Below are positions 52,743 through 63,000 of a stretch of 64,000 nt of DNA, piece by piece. The stretch is taken from contig JAIBBF010000001.1 of the NCBI GenBank assembly GCA_019694795.1, forward strand, positions 262,265-326,264, in the 5' to 3' direction. Within the stretch, counting starts at the first letter, position 1, and every line of letters starts with the position of its first letter. The DNA is from Flavobacteriales bacterium. Its GTDB lineage: Bacteria > Bacteroidota > Bacteroidia > Flavobacteriales_D > UBA2798. A model generated the notes under the pieces. That model did not search any database and was not told the DNA's origin. It saw nothing but the letters and a program-made list of their open reading frames with translations. The translations under genes and the position numbers were made by a program.

Positions 52743-53624
52743 ATGGCGCATAAAGCCGGATTTGTCAATATTATCGGAAGTCCCAATGTAGGGAAGTCAA
52801 CTCTCATGAATGCTCTTGTTGGTGAAAGGGTGTCAATTATTAACGCTAAAGCACAGACTACCAGGCATCGTATCATGGGTATAGTGAGTGGGGAGGATTT
52901 TCAGATTGTGTATTCAGACACCCCGGGTGTGCTGAATCCTGCGTATAAAATGCAGGAGGGGATGATGGGATTTGTAAACGCAGCATTTCAGGATGCGGAT
53001 ATTTTTATTCTGGTTACCGATTTAAATGAAGATCAACCCGCTGTACCGGATATCGTGGAGCGATTAAACAAACAAAGCGTTCCGGTATTTGTATTGGTGA
53101 ATAAAATAGATTTAAGTACACAGGAAAAAGTAGCGGAGCGATTGGATCATTGGAAAAGCCTACTCCCTAATGCATTGGTAGCAGGTATTTCCGCTTTACA
53201 CAAGTACAACCTGGATATTCTTTTTGAAAAAATCTTAGAATTATTACCGGAGAGTCCGGCGTATTTCGACAAAGAAGAATACACCGACAGATCCATGCGC
53301 TTTCTTGTGTCGGAAATTATCCGTGAAAAAATACTTACGTTATACGACAAGGAAATCCCCTATAGTTCTGAAGTTGTAGTAGAATCGTTTAAAGAGGAAG
53401 AGCATATTACACGAATCTCCGCCGTGGTTTACGTTACGCGCGATTCTCAAAAAGGAATAATTATTGGTCACCAAGGCAAAATGATAAAACTGCTTGGAAC
53501 CAAAGCAAGAAAAGAAATGGAAGAATTTCTCGGTAAAAAAGTTTTTTTGGAACTCTTTGTGAAAGTCCAGAAAAACTGGAGAGATGATGAGCGGCATTTA
53601 AAGAATTTCGGATATATTAACTAA
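52743..53624 (+). CDS. era: GTPase Era
   Basis: 293 aa with G1 [10 protein letters not shown]3 DTPG, G4 NKID and a C-terminal KH domain. Confidence 0.93.
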   Translation: MAHKAGFVNIIGSPNVGKSTLMNALVGERVSIINAKAQTTRHRIMGIVSGEDFQIVYSDTPGVLNPAYKMQEGMMGFVNAAFQDADIFILVTDLNEDQPAVPDIVERLNKQSVPVFVLVNKIDLSTQEKVAERLDHWKSLLPNALVAGISALHKYNLDILFEKILELLPESPAYFDKEEYTDRSMRFLVSEIIREKILTLYDKEIPYSSEVVVESFKEEEHITRISAVVYVTRDSQKGIIIGHQGKMIKLLGTKARKEMEEFLGKKVFLELFVKVQKNWRDDERHLKNFGYIN

Positions 53625-53629
53625 TCAAC

Positions 53630-54937
53630 ATGGCAAACATTGTAGCAATTGTAGGAAGACCCAACGTGGGGAAATCCACTTTATTTAACCGGCTTACAGA
53701 AAGTCGGGATGCCATCGTTGATCCCACCGAAGGCGTAACACGTGATCGCCATTATGGAAAAAGTTTGTGGAATGGTCACGAATTTTCGGTGATCGACACA
53801 GGAGGATATATTCACGGTAGTGAAGATGTTTTTGAAGAAGAGATCCGCAAACAAGTGAAGCTCGCCATTGAGGAAGCAAATGTGATTCTTTTTGTTGTTG
53901 ATGTAATGGCTGGTGTAACCGATATGGATCAGGAAGTGGCTGACATGCTCCGCAAATCGAAAAAGAAGATTTTTCTGGTGGCGAATAAAGTTGATACTTC
54001 CGACAAAGCCGCTTATGCAGCAGAATTTTATCGCTTCGGTTTAGGCGAAATTTTTTCTTTATCGGCACAGAACGGATCCGGAACCGGAGAATTACTGGAT
54101 GAGATCACAAAAGATTTTGTACACGAAGAAGAAGATGAAAACCCTGAACGTTTACCGCGAATTGCAATCGTAGGAAAACCAAACGTTGGTAAATCATCTT
54201 TATTAAATGCGCTTACCGGACAGGAACGAAATATTGTAACCCCTATTTCCGGTACTACACGCGATTCGATTCACACCCACTATAAAGCATTTGGATTTGA
54301 TTTCGATTTGATTGACACTGCAGGTATCAGAAAAAAAGCAAAAGTTCAGGAGGACATCGAATTTTATTCCGTGTTAAGGTCTATCCGCACCATTGAAGAA
54401 TCGGATGTTTGTCTGTTTATGATTGATGCTGCCGAGGGATTGCAAAAGCAGGATTTAAATATTTATTATCTCGTTGAAAGCAACAAAAAAGGTGTAGTGG
54501 TTCTTGTCAACAAATGGGACCTGGTAGAAAAGGACACCAAAACGCTAAAACAATTCGAAGAAAATTTAAGAAGCGGACTTGCACCGTTTAATGATGTTCC
54601 GATTATTTTTATTTCTGCGTTAACCAAACAACGAATTCATAAAGCACTGGAAGAGGCCATGCGCGTATATAATAACCGTGCAAGAAAAATTCCAACGTCG
54701 AAACTCAATGAAGCGTTATTACCCATCGTAGAGCAAAATCCGCCGCCTTCCTATAAAGGAAAATACATTAAGATTAAATACATTACTCAATTACCAACCG
54801 AGGTGCCAAGTTTTGCCTTTTTCTGCAATTTACCGCAGTATATAAAGGATCCTTACAAACGTTATCTTGAAAATCAGTTGAGAAAGATTTTTGATTTCGA
54901 AGGTGTACCGGTGCGTATATTTTTCCGCCAGAAATAA
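53630..54937 (+). CDS. der: Ribosome biogenesis GTPase Der (EngA)
   Basis: 435 aa with two tandem GTPase domains ([18 protein letters not shown]; DTGG, DTAG; NKVD, NKWD) and a KH-like C-terminus. Confidence 0.93.
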   Translation: MANIVAIVGRPNVGKSTLFNRLTESRDAIVDPTEGVTRDRHYGKSLWNGHEFSVIDTGGYIHGSEDVFEEEIRKQVKLAIEEANVILFVVDVMAGVTDMDQEVADMLRKSKKKIFLVANKVDTSDKAAYAAEFYRFGLGEIFSLSAQNGSGTGELLDEITKDFVHEEEDENPERLPRIAIVGKPNVGKSSLLNALTGQERNIVTPISGTTRDSIHTHYKAFGFDFDLIDTAGIRKKAKVQEDIEFYSVLRSIRTIEESDVCLFMIDAAEGLQKQDLNIYYLVESNKKGVVVLVNKWDLVEKDTKTLKQFEENLRSGLAPFNDVPIIFISALTKQRIHKALEEAMRVYNNRARKIPTSKLNEALLPIVEQNPPPSYKGKYIKIKYITQLPTEVPSFAFFCNLPQYIKDPYKRYLENQLRKIFDFEGVPVRIFFRQK

Positions 54938-56128
54938 TCAGGCAAATACTGCACCTGCCATTAGCATCATTCCAATACGAAGTGCATCCTCATCCACATC
55001 GAAGGTAGCCGTGTGTACAGGAGAAACAATTCCTTTGCTTTCATTGCGGGTACCGAGACGGAAAAAGCAGGAAGGGATCTCCTGAGAATACCAGGCAAAA
55101 TCTTCTGCAGTCATGCGAAGTTTTAATTCTGTTACATTTTCTTTACCCAAAAGATCAGTGGCAACACTCCTGATTTTTTCAGTGGTGGTTGGGTCGTTCA
55201 CCAAAAAGGGATACCCTTTTTCAATGGTGAATTCAACAGACCCTCCCATTGATTTTGCGATCGAATTTGCAGTTTGAATCAAAACCTCATGCGCCTTTTT
55301 TCGCCACTCTTCATTCATGGTTCTGAATGTTCCTTCGAGGTTGACAAAATCAGGTATCACATTGGTGGCACCTGCTCCGGTAATTTTTCCGAATGCAAGA
55401 ACGGTAGGAATTTTTTCCGGATTTAATTCAGAATTCGCAACCATAAATTTGTTGTTCAGTTCCTGAATTATGGCAGCTGCGATCAATAGCGGATTATTGT
55501 ATTGTTCCGGGAGAGCAGCATGTCCACCTTTACCTATAACTTTCAAATATAATTCGTCGGTAGAGGCCATATACATTCCACTTTTGAATCCAACTTTCCC
55601 AACTTCCAGTTCAGGAAAAACATGCAGACCAACAATGAAATCGGGAACAGGATTTTTCAATACTCCTTCGGCAATCATCAATGTAGCACCTCCGGGTAAT
55701 TTCTCTTCTCCGGGTTGAAAAATCAATCGGACTTTACCTTGAAATTTATCCTTGTGGTTGTTCAGAATTTTTGCCGCTCCCAACAAACATGCAGTGTGTA
55801 CATCATGTCCGCAAGCATGCATCACGCCTTTGTTTTTAGATGCAAATTCAATTTCGTTTTTTTCCAGAATCGGTAAAGCATCGTGATCGGATCGTAATGC
55901 AATTAAACGTGATTCCGGATTGGTACCGCATATTTCGGCCACAATACCGGTATTTCCTACTCCACTTTTAAAACTGATACCTTCTTTCTCTAAAACAGAT
56001 GCAATAAAGCGCATGGTTTCTGTCTCCTGAAAAGATAACTCAGGATGCGCATGGATATGCCTTCTGATTTGAATGATTTCCGGAAGCAATGCTTGTGCCT
56101 CAGTTTGCAAAAAGGAAAGATCAATCAT
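54938..56128 (-). CDS. M20-family amidohydrolase (N-acyl-amino-acid amidohydrolase type)
   Basis: HPELSFQE and MHACGHD motifs are present. The start is taken at the Met at 56128 (MIDLSFLQ...), which gives an ATGA overlap with the upstream gene. The ORF-track start at 56257 lies inside that upstream gene. Confidence 0.8.
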   Translation of the reverse strand: MIDLSFLQTEAQALLPEIIQIRRHIHAHPELSFQETETMRFIASVLEKEGISFKSGVGNTGIVAEICGTNPESRLIALRSDHDALPILEKNEIEFASKNKGVMHACGHDVHTACLLGAAKILNNHKDKFQGKVRLIFQPGEEKLPGGATLMIAEGVLKNPVPDFIVGLHVFPELEVGKVGFKSGMYMASTDELYLKVIGKGGHAALPEQYNNPLLIAAAIIQELNNKFMVANSELNPEKIPTVLAFGKITGAGATNVIPDFVNLEGTFRTMNEEWRKKAHEVLIQTANSIAKSMGGSVEFTIEKGYPFLVNDPTTTEKIRSVATDLLGKENVTELKLRMTAEDFAWYSQEIPSCFFRLGTRNESKGIVSPVHTATFDVDEDALRIGMMLMAGAVFA

Positions 56129-56520
56129 TTTGCCCAGAAGGTTTTTAAAGCACTTAAAATCATTTTTACGGCAGCATAAAGCATCACACTGCCAAAAACT
56201 AGTTTTATGACGTGTACGGACTCTTTTAGCGATTGTGAAGCCAATCCGCCAAGCCATCCGCCAAGAATAAATGTAAGCGCGATAACTAGCGCGTAAGGAA
56301 TATTAATATCGCCTTGCTGATAATACACCATTGCTGCCCCAATTCCAATGGGTGGTAACATGACGGCCACTGAGGTACCGATAGCCTGATGTTGGGTAAG
56401 ACCTAAAAAATATACAAGGGCAGGCACGATAATAATTCCTCCACCTACACCAACAAACCCGCCAAGTAATCCGGCAAAAAATCCAATGAGTGCGAGAATG
56501 ATAATGGTAGAACTTTCCAT
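56125..56520 (-). CDS. Half-length TauE/SafE (DUF81)-type membrane protein
   Basis: 131 aa with four predicted TM helices and the Gly-rich FFAGLLGGFVGVGGGIIIVPAL motif typical of TauE/SafE. Confidence 0.6.
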   Translation of the reverse strand: MESSTIIILALIGFFAGLLGGFVGVGGGIIIVPALVYFLGLTQHQAIGTSVAVMLPPIGIGAAMVYYQQGDINIPYALVIALTFILGGWLGGLASQSLKESVHVIKLVFGSVMLYAAVKMILSALKTFWAK

Positions 56521-56523
56521 GTT

Positions 56524-59500
56524 TTAAAAATCGAGTGAGAGCGAAAAATAACGGATGGCCTTATAACGCACGCCGTCATCCACACCCCATGCCCAGTCAA
56601 ACCGAATAAAATATCCGAACAAACGACTTCTTAATCCCCAACCATATCCGTAAATAATAGGTTCGCGTTGGTTCTTCAACGTTATGATAATCGGATTTCC
56701 TGAACTGGAATATTGAATGGTATTGAATGAATTTTCATCTGAATACGGATTCGGACCTGTCCATGCTGCGCCTACATCAAAGAAACTTACCACCTGGAAA
56801 TTTTCGAGAAAGTCAGATTTTAGCGGTTTCTCTGCAAAATATTTTACCAATGGCATTCTTAATTCAGCATTCACCACTCCAAAATTAGATCCGTTTCGTG
56901 CATTCTGATAAAATCCGCGCACCGGTGTGGCAATGGTTTGATAGGCGTAATTCTGACTTTGTGAAACCTGAATGGTATTATCATACTTTGGCGCAATCCA
57001 GTTATCCACTCCTCCTAAATAATAAACCAATCGTTTATCACCGAGTGATGCGCTACCTGCAACACGTGCTGCAAAAATAAAATCGCGGTGGATTTTTTGA
57101 TAAAAACGATAATCGAATCCGGCGACAATAAAATTGGATTGATTGGTAATGATCTCTCTGTAATATTCACCCCAAATTTTAAACCTCATTCCGTAATATA
57201 AATTCAGTCCGCGTGGTATGGTATTATCAAAAACCAATTCAAGTTTACTTCCCAACATATGGTAGTAATCATTTTTGCGTTGTAAATTATTATAATCCGT
57301 AGCAAGTGTTACAACCCGGTCGAAACGATAATTCGCTGTCCCTCTCAAACTCAAAACTTCATTGAACGGATATTTTAATAAATACCGCATGTCGTAAATA
57401 TTCGTTTTGGTAACACCGCGGTCGCGATTATAATCGTTAAATGCCTGACGATAGGCTACGTATTGCTTATCTAATCGTTTTGAATTATCCATGTAGGTCA
57501 ACAACATTTCATTGCTGCCAAAGTTCCCTGCGAGACGATAACCTCCAATAATCCGGTGATCTTCGAATACATCCGTTATGCCGATTTTAATCAGTGCATT
57601 TAAACCGGGATTAAAATAGCCTTGTCCGGGAGTATAACGTTGATAAGTTTGATTGAGGTAATTATTGTCAAATTGCGAAACAATATAATCCGTTGCAAAA
57701 TTTCTTCTGTATTGAGCATAAGGAGCAGGCTTGAATTCTTCTTCCGGTTTTTTCTTAACCTTTGTACTATCCTTTTTCTCCGATTTTTTAGGCTCTTCTA
57801 CAATCCGGATGGTCTCCTTTTCATATTGTGGATTTTCGTCGCTGAATACATAATTGTTGATGTCAATTAATCCACTATCCAGTTTTGGTGTAGAACTAGT
57901 ATTTACAATAACCGTATTCGATTTTACCGAATCCTTCTTTACCGAATTGTTGGCTTTAAGCAAGGCCATGTTTTGCTGAACGCGATACCTGGTTTTAGGA
58001 AGCGATCCTGCAAAACGAACATCTTCAGAAAATTTACCTGTAAGAAATTGGTACTGACCACCGGTTTTCATCAACAGCGCATACTTTCCTTTTTTCTCGT
58101 TTACATCATATTCGAGAATGTTATTGTTAAAGTTGGTCAATGCCGTAACAGTTGTAAAATACCTGTAATGCACCGTTGTATCCACATAGGCAATTGCACT
58201 GTCGTAAATAGCTGCGTAACGATTGATTATTCCGTTCTCATCACTCAAATAGGTATAATTGAGCGTATCCATTTGAGAAGGCCAGCTTTCATCAGCCAAA
58301 GGCGTATTGGTAATTCGTTTTAAATACCTGGATTTATCTTTGATGTCGATCACGAAAATATCTTTGGTATTATCATAAGGCTTCACCTTTACATCCTTAT
58401 GAAGTGTATCAGAACTCCGGTTGGAGGCGAATATCACTGCCGTGCTTTTGTCTACAAATTTCGGATACAAATCATCGTAAATATCATTGGTCACCTGATC
58501 CAATGCATTACCCGCAATGCGATAAATATATAAATCGGTCTGACCACCGGCTACTCCCGACATCACCAGCATTTTTCCGTCGTCGGAATAATCCATGCTC
58601 AAAACTTTATCCAATTTTCCAATGGGTTTTTTATTGGTGCTGCCGTCTTCGATGGAATAAATACAGAACCATGTTTCACCCTTTTTTTCTACCACATAAG
58701 CGATCCCCTGACTACCCGGGTGCCATGCTGTAACCGGAAATGAAAAATCGTTGATGCGGTTTAATTTATGCTCGCCTTTTACTACGCGTTTTAATTCCTT
58801 TTTGGAAATATCATAAATCCATAATTTGTATTGCCCCATCTGGTTGGTGACAAAAGAAGCATATTGTCCGTTCGGACTCATTTTAAACTGCTGAAAAACG
58901 GTATTGGGTTTTTGTTTTTTTCTAATCTCCAGTTTTTCCAATTGTGGTTCAACAAGAATTTTGTTGTCCTCATTAAATTTCCGCTTGTAATAATTTACGT
59001 AATCGCTCGATAATTTTTTCAAACCAACACCCAACACAAACAAAAATCCACTTTCAACATTACGGGAGATACGCGTCATGTATAAAATATTCGGGATAAC
59101 GGATGGACCGTAAACCTCAGCGATATAATTCCACATAGCGTGACCCGCAAATTGGGCATCAATTCCTTCGAGGCGATAAAAGCGATCGAATTTACCGGAT
59201 AGTACACCGTCCTTTACATAACCCTCCGTTTCCGTGTCCCAGGGTTGCGACACGTAAGAAACAAATCCTTGTAAATACCATTCCGGCAATGTCATTAATG
59301 TAGAATTCTTCAATACATCCTTCCAATCGCCGCCATACATCATCTGATTACATAAAACCGATGCAATACCTGCGCGAATCTGGCGGTCCAGCTTTTTATG
59401 GTCTCCTTCGTAATAAAGAAAAACCTTTGTGCCCACTATACGTGATACACCACCGATGTTATACATTTCATCACCTGTGACACCAATGTTGCTTTGACGA

Positions 59501-59811
59501 AATTGGGATTGAGAATTGTAAATAATAAATTCAATTTTATCGTCCAGATAAAAATCAAACATCTTCTCCACTTCCATAAGTTGGCGGTGCGCCGATTGAG
59601 CTATATAAGCCGCATGCGTTTTCCCGCCAATGGCATAATAAATTTTAAAGCGCTCATAGTTTTGCGACATCCAGGTAAAACCATTGTACTGAACTCGATT
59701 TTTACCAAAGGTCATTTGCGAACCATTGTAAAACTGGGCAGAAGCATTCTGACTGAATAACAGAATGAAAATTGCCAGGATTCGCTGAATATAGGTAATG
59801 GCTCGGGACAT
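56524..59811 (-). CDS. Large outer-membrane protein: N-terminal domain + TolB-like beta-propeller repeats + Omp85/D15-like C-terminal barrel
   Basis: 1095 aa with a signal peptide (SQNASAQ). PD40/TolB-like repeats are present (SPNGQYASFV...LWIYD; DDGKMLVMSG...DLYIYR). The C-terminal part has LGGVDNW...VRGF and ends in Phe (SLSLDF). Confidence 0.55.
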   Translation of the reverse strand: MSRAITYIQRILAIFILLFSQNASAQFYNGSQMTFGKNRVQYNGFTWMSQNYERFKIYYAIGGKTHAAYIAQSAHRQLMEVEKMFDFYLDDKIEFIIYNSQSQFRQSNIGVTGDEMYNIGGVSRIVGTKVFLYYEGDHKKLDRQIRAGIASVLCNQMMYGGDWKDVLKNSTLMTLPEWYLQGFVSYVSQPWDTETEGYVKDGVLSGKFDRFYRLEGIDAQFAGHAMWNYIAEVYGPSVIPNILYMTRISRNVESGFLFVLGVGLKKLSSDYVNYYKRKFNEDNKILVEPQLEKLEIRKKQKPNTVFQQFKMSPNGQYASFVTNQMGQYKLWIYDISKKELKRVVKGEHKLNRINDFSFPVTAWHPGSQGIAYVVEKKGETWFCIYSIEDGSTNKKPIGKLDKVLSMDYSDDGKMLVMSGVAGGQTDLYIYRIAGNALDQVTNDIYDDLYPKFVDKSTAVIFASNRSSDTLHKDVKVKPYDNTKDIFVIDIKDKSRYLKRITNTPLADESWPSQMDTLNYTYLSDENGIINRYAAIYDSAIAYVDTTVHYRYFTTVTALTNFNNNILEYDVNEKKGKYALLMKTGGQYQFLTGKFSEDVRFAGSLPKTRYRVQQNMALLKANNSVKKDSVKSNTVIVNTSSTPKLDSGLIDINNYVFSDENPQYEKETIRIVEEPKKSEKKDSTKVKKKPEEEFKPAPYAQYRRNFATDYIVSQFDNNYLNQTYQRYTPGQGYFNPGLNALIKIGITDVFEDHRIIGGYRLAGNFGSNEMLLTYMDNSKRLDKQYVAYRQAFNDYNRDRGVTKTNIYDMRYLLKYPFNEVLSLRGTANYRFDRVVTLATDYNNLQRKNDYYHMLGSKLELVFDNTIPRGLNLYYGMRFKIWGEYYREIITNQSNFIVAGFDYRFYQKIHRDFIFAARVAGSASLGDKRLVYYLGGVDNWIAPKYDNTIQVSQSQNYAYQTIATPVRGFYQNARNGSNFGVVNAELRMPLVKYFAEKPLKSDFLENFQVVSFFDVGAAWTGPNPYSDENSFNTIQYSSSGNPIIITLKNQREPIIYGYGWGLRSRLFGYFIRFDWAWGVDDGVRYKAIRYFSLSLDF

Positions 59812-59883
59812 GAATAAATTGAGACTTGTAAATATAACTAATACGGAACAATTCTAGTATTTTTACACTCCTAAAGTGTAGCA

Positions 59884-60549
59884 ATGGCCGAAATAATCTG
59901 CTTTTCTTTTAATCCTTTTCAGGAAAACACCTATATCGTTTTCGACGAAACCCGTGAATGCGTCATCATTGATCCCGGTTGCTTCGAAAACTTTGAGAAA
60001 AAGGCCCTTCGCGACGAAATCGAAAAAAGGAATTTAAACCCGGTACGATTACTCAATACCCATTGCCATATTGATCATGTTTTGGGAAATAAATTCGTGG
60101 CAGATACCTGGAAACTTAATCTGGAAATTCACAGGGAGGACCTGCCTACCTTACATGCGCTGCCCAATTACGCACATATTTTTGGCGTTGGAAATCTGGA
60201 AGAATCGCCTGAACCCGGTTCGTTTTTAGAGGAGGGCGACAAAGTACAGTTCGGAAACACCACGCTCGATGTGATTTTTGTTCCAGGTCACGCCCCCGGC
60301 CATATTGCTTTCGTAAATCATCCGGATAAAACTGTTATCAGTGGAGATGTTCTCTTTGCAGGCAGCATAGGCAGAACCGATCTCCCGGGAGGCTCATTAC
60401 CTGTATTATTAGCCAGCATAAAAAACAAACTATTGCCACTGGGTGATGATTTTACCGTTTATAGCGGGCACGGTCCCAGCACTACGATCAAAAAAGAGAA
60501 GCGGGAAAATTATTTTTTACAAGCCGAATTCGAAGGAAGATTTAACTGA
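59884..60549 (+). CDS. MBL-fold metallo-hydrolase (glyoxalase II-like)
   Basis: 221 aa with the HCHIDH (HxHxDH) motif, a later PGHAPGH, and a GD..F...GR.D pattern. Confidence 0.8.
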   Translation: MAEIICFSFNPFQENTYIVFDETRECVIIDPGCFENFEKKALRDEIEKRNLNPVRLLNTHCHIDHVLGNKFVADTWKLNLEIHREDLPTLHALPNYAHIFGVGNLEESPEPGSFLEEGDKVQFGNTTLDVIFVPGHAPGHIAFVNHPDKTVISGDVLFAGSIGRTDLPGGSLPVLLASIKNKLLPLGDDFTVYSGHGPSTTIKKEKRENYFLQAEFEGRFN

Positions 60550-61823
60550 AATTCGAGAACATCCTTCCACCCTTTCCATTTGCTGGAATCATTTATGGTT
60601 TCATTGTGCCATAACACCGATAAAAAACCGCCGTATTTAACTACTTCATCCCACAATTGCCGGCTCCGCAATTTAGCTTGTTCGGGAGTCAATCTTAAAT
60701 ATTCATTGAGAGTGCCATCCATAATATGCATGGGATACACCAATAATTCACCTTGTTTCTCTTCCTCTAAATCATAAAAATAAAAGGGAAAACAGGTGCC
60801 TGCTCTAAACCCGGTATCAGCTGCGTGTCCCATCGAATGCTCTTCCCGGATTCCTGCATTTTGAGCAATGCGATACGATTGGGGTAATTTAAATCTTAAA
60901 TAATGAAATCTGCTTCTGGTATTTTTTTCTCCGCTAATCAGACTTAATCGTTGGCTCTCGGTATTGAAAGCCTCCTGATTCAAATGAGAGGCATATCCCG
61001 GATGAATTCCAATTGAAAAATTTTCCGACATCCGCTGAATCAGTCGAACCATTTCCGGATGATTATAACTTATATTCCTGTCGAACTTACTTCTGTTGGC
61101 CAATAAAAAAAACATCATTTTACTGACCGTTTTCCCATTGAGCAAAAACATTAAATCGTCGTAGGTATCATAAGGATCTTTTTCTTTTCCTCTGGCCACA
61201 CGGATTTTATTTTTTAAGTCAGTAAGATTGAACGAAACCAAGGTTTTTAACCAGGAAGCGGTTTTCACCCATGGTGATTTATTCTTAAAAGCCCAGGCAT
61301 GATCGATATCTACTGTTAAAAGTAAAACCGGCTTTTTTTCGGCAATGGTATAATGAGAAAAATGATTCGACAACACCTTTTCAAACCACCGGATTTGTTC
61401 TTCAACGATTGGTCGCTGAAGTAAATTTTCTTTAAATAAAACAGATTCCGCTACAGGAAAACGATCATGCAAATCTCTGGTGGTACAGGTATATTCTTCA
61501 TGCCGACTTAACAACCAAAAAATGGAAGAAAAAAGATCGAAAGGAATAATTGAATTTTCCACTGGGAAAAAACCGGTTACATCTTGCCGTTTTACTAAAT
61601 CAGGTTTTACAGGTCTGATATTGTTCTCTTCGAGTAAACCACAAGGAATGATCTGCACACTTCCTGAGATTTCTTCCGTCGAATAATTTATTCTCACTCC
61701 GGAGTAAGAAACAAATTCATTTTTATTATCTGTAATTCTAAAATCATTAACATTCATTCGCCTTACCAATTCGGTACAGACAAACGACAAGCGGGGGCCT
61801 ATATGTTTAGAAAAAACAATCAA
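60510..61823 (-). CDS. Hypothetical protein, possibly polysaccharide-deacetylase-like
   Basis: 437-aa ORF overlapping wecB by 4 nt at its start. TVDIDHAW and IGIHPGYASH are reminiscent of NodB-type motifs, but only weakly. Confidence 0.4.
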   Translation of the reverse strand: MIVFSKHIGPRLSFVCTELVRRMNVNDFRITDNKNEFVSYSGVRINYSTEEISGSVQIIPCGLLEENNIRPVKPDLVKRQDVTGFFPVENSIIPFDLFSSIFWLLSRHEEYTCTTRDLHDRFPVAESVLFKENLLQRPIVEEQIRWFEKVLSNHFSHYTIAEKKPVLLLTVDIDHAWAFKNKSPWVKTASWLKTLVSFNLTDLKNKIRVARGKEKDPYDTYDDLMFLLNGKTVSKMMFFLLANRSKFDRNISYNHPEMVRLIQRMSENFSIGIHPGYASHLNQEAFNTESQRLSLISGEKNTRSRFHYLRFKLPQSYRIAQNAGIREEHSMGHAADTGFRAGTCFPFYFYDLEEEKQGELLVYPMHIMDGTLNEYLRLTPEQAKLRSRQLWDEVVKYGGFLSVLWHNETINDSSKWKGWKDVLEFQLNLPSNSACKK

Positions 61824-62968
61824 GGGATCTGTTGCACAATTTCATTCGCGATAAATTCAGCTGCTTTTCCGTCGCCATAAATGGAAGGCATATTGCTCAA
61901 ATCTCTATTCATCAATAAAGAAAACGCATCCATGATCCGTTTGGTATCGGCATCTGCTAAAATTGCGGCACCGAGTTCAACGAGTTCAACCCATTCCGTT
62001 TCCGGACGAAGAATTACACACGGTTTTCCAAAATAGAACGCTTCTTTTTGTACTCCACCAGAATCGGTCATCACTAAAACTGCATTTTTTTCCAATGCAA
62101 TCATTTCTAAAAATGAAGCCGGCTCTATAATATGAAAATTGGGATTGTTTTCGATTTTTGATTTTAACTGCTCACTTAAAAACTGATTCATGCATTTTTT
62201 GGTCCGTGGGTGTAGCGGGAGAATCATCGTGGTGGATTCACTTTCACAAATCCGGATCAATGCTTCAAAAATGGAATTCAACTTTTCAGGCTGATCCGTA
62301 TTTTGATTGCGGTGAATGGTAACCAAAACAAAATCGTTTCCGGTACAACCTAATCGATGGAATACATCTTTTTTATTTTCTGCCAGTTCAGAAAAGAAAA
62401 TACTATTGTCGTACATCACATCACCACAGTGGTAAATATGGGGATTATCATTGGTAAAAGGCCCCTTATTTCCATTTTTAAATCCCTCGCGAACCAAATT
62501 ATCAATGCCGGTTTTTGTTGGAGAAAAAAGCAAGGTTGAAACATGATCGCAAACGATTCTGTTTATCTCTTCGGGCATCGATTTATTGAAGGATCGCAAA
62601 CCGGCTTCAATATGTACCACTGGAATTCCCATTTTCGAAGCGACAATTGCACCTGCAAGTGTAGAATTGGTATCGCCATACAACACTAAAGCATTTGGTT
62701 TTTCTTTCACCAAAACTTCTTCCAGCCCCACCATCATTTTTGCTGTTTGCACACCGTGTGATCCGGATCCTGCATTGAGATTATAATCCGGTTCGGGAAT
62801 TCCCAATTCCCGGAAAAATACGGCCGACATATTATCGTCGTAATGCTGACCCGTATGTACAATGATTTCCTGAAGTTGATGCGGGAATTTGTTTTTTACC
62901 GCTCTGCTTAAAGCTGCTGCTTTAATAATTTGCGGACGGGCACCGATAACCGTAATAATCTTTTTCAT
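61820..62968 (-). CDS. wecB: UDP-N-acetylglucosamine 2-epimerase (non-hydrolysing)
   Basis: 382 aa with VIGARPQIIKAA, HTGQHYD, GDTNSTLAGA, HIEAGLRS and TDSGGVQKEA motifs. Confidence 0.9.
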   Translation of the reverse strand: MKKIITVIGARPQIIKAAALSRAVKNKFPHQLQEIIVHTGQHYDDNMSAVFFRELGIPEPDYNLNAGSGSHGVQTAKMMVGLEEVLVKEKPNALVLYGDTNSTLAGAIVASKMGIPVVHIEAGLRSFNKSMPEEINRIVCDHVSTLLFSPTKTGIDNLVREGFKNGNKGPFTNDNPHIYHCGDVMYDNSIFFSELAENKKDVFHRLGCTGNDFVLVTIHRNQNTDQPEKLNSIFEALIRICESESTTMILPLHPRTKKCMNQFLSEQLKSKIENNPNFHIIEPASFLEMIALEKNAVLVMTDSGGVQKEAFYFGKPCVILRPETEWVELVELGAAILADADTKRIMDAFSLLMNRDLSNMPSIYGDGKAAEFIANEIVQQIP

Positions 62969-63000
62969 ACTACGAAGTTAACGGATTCAACCGAAAATTA

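Noticed and set aside
56129-56257. N-terminal 43-aa extension of the amidohydrolase ORF (track start at 56257).
   Set aside because: The extension lies inside the TauE-like gene in another frame and has no homology-like sequence. The conserved amidohydrolase N-terminus begins at the Met at 56128.
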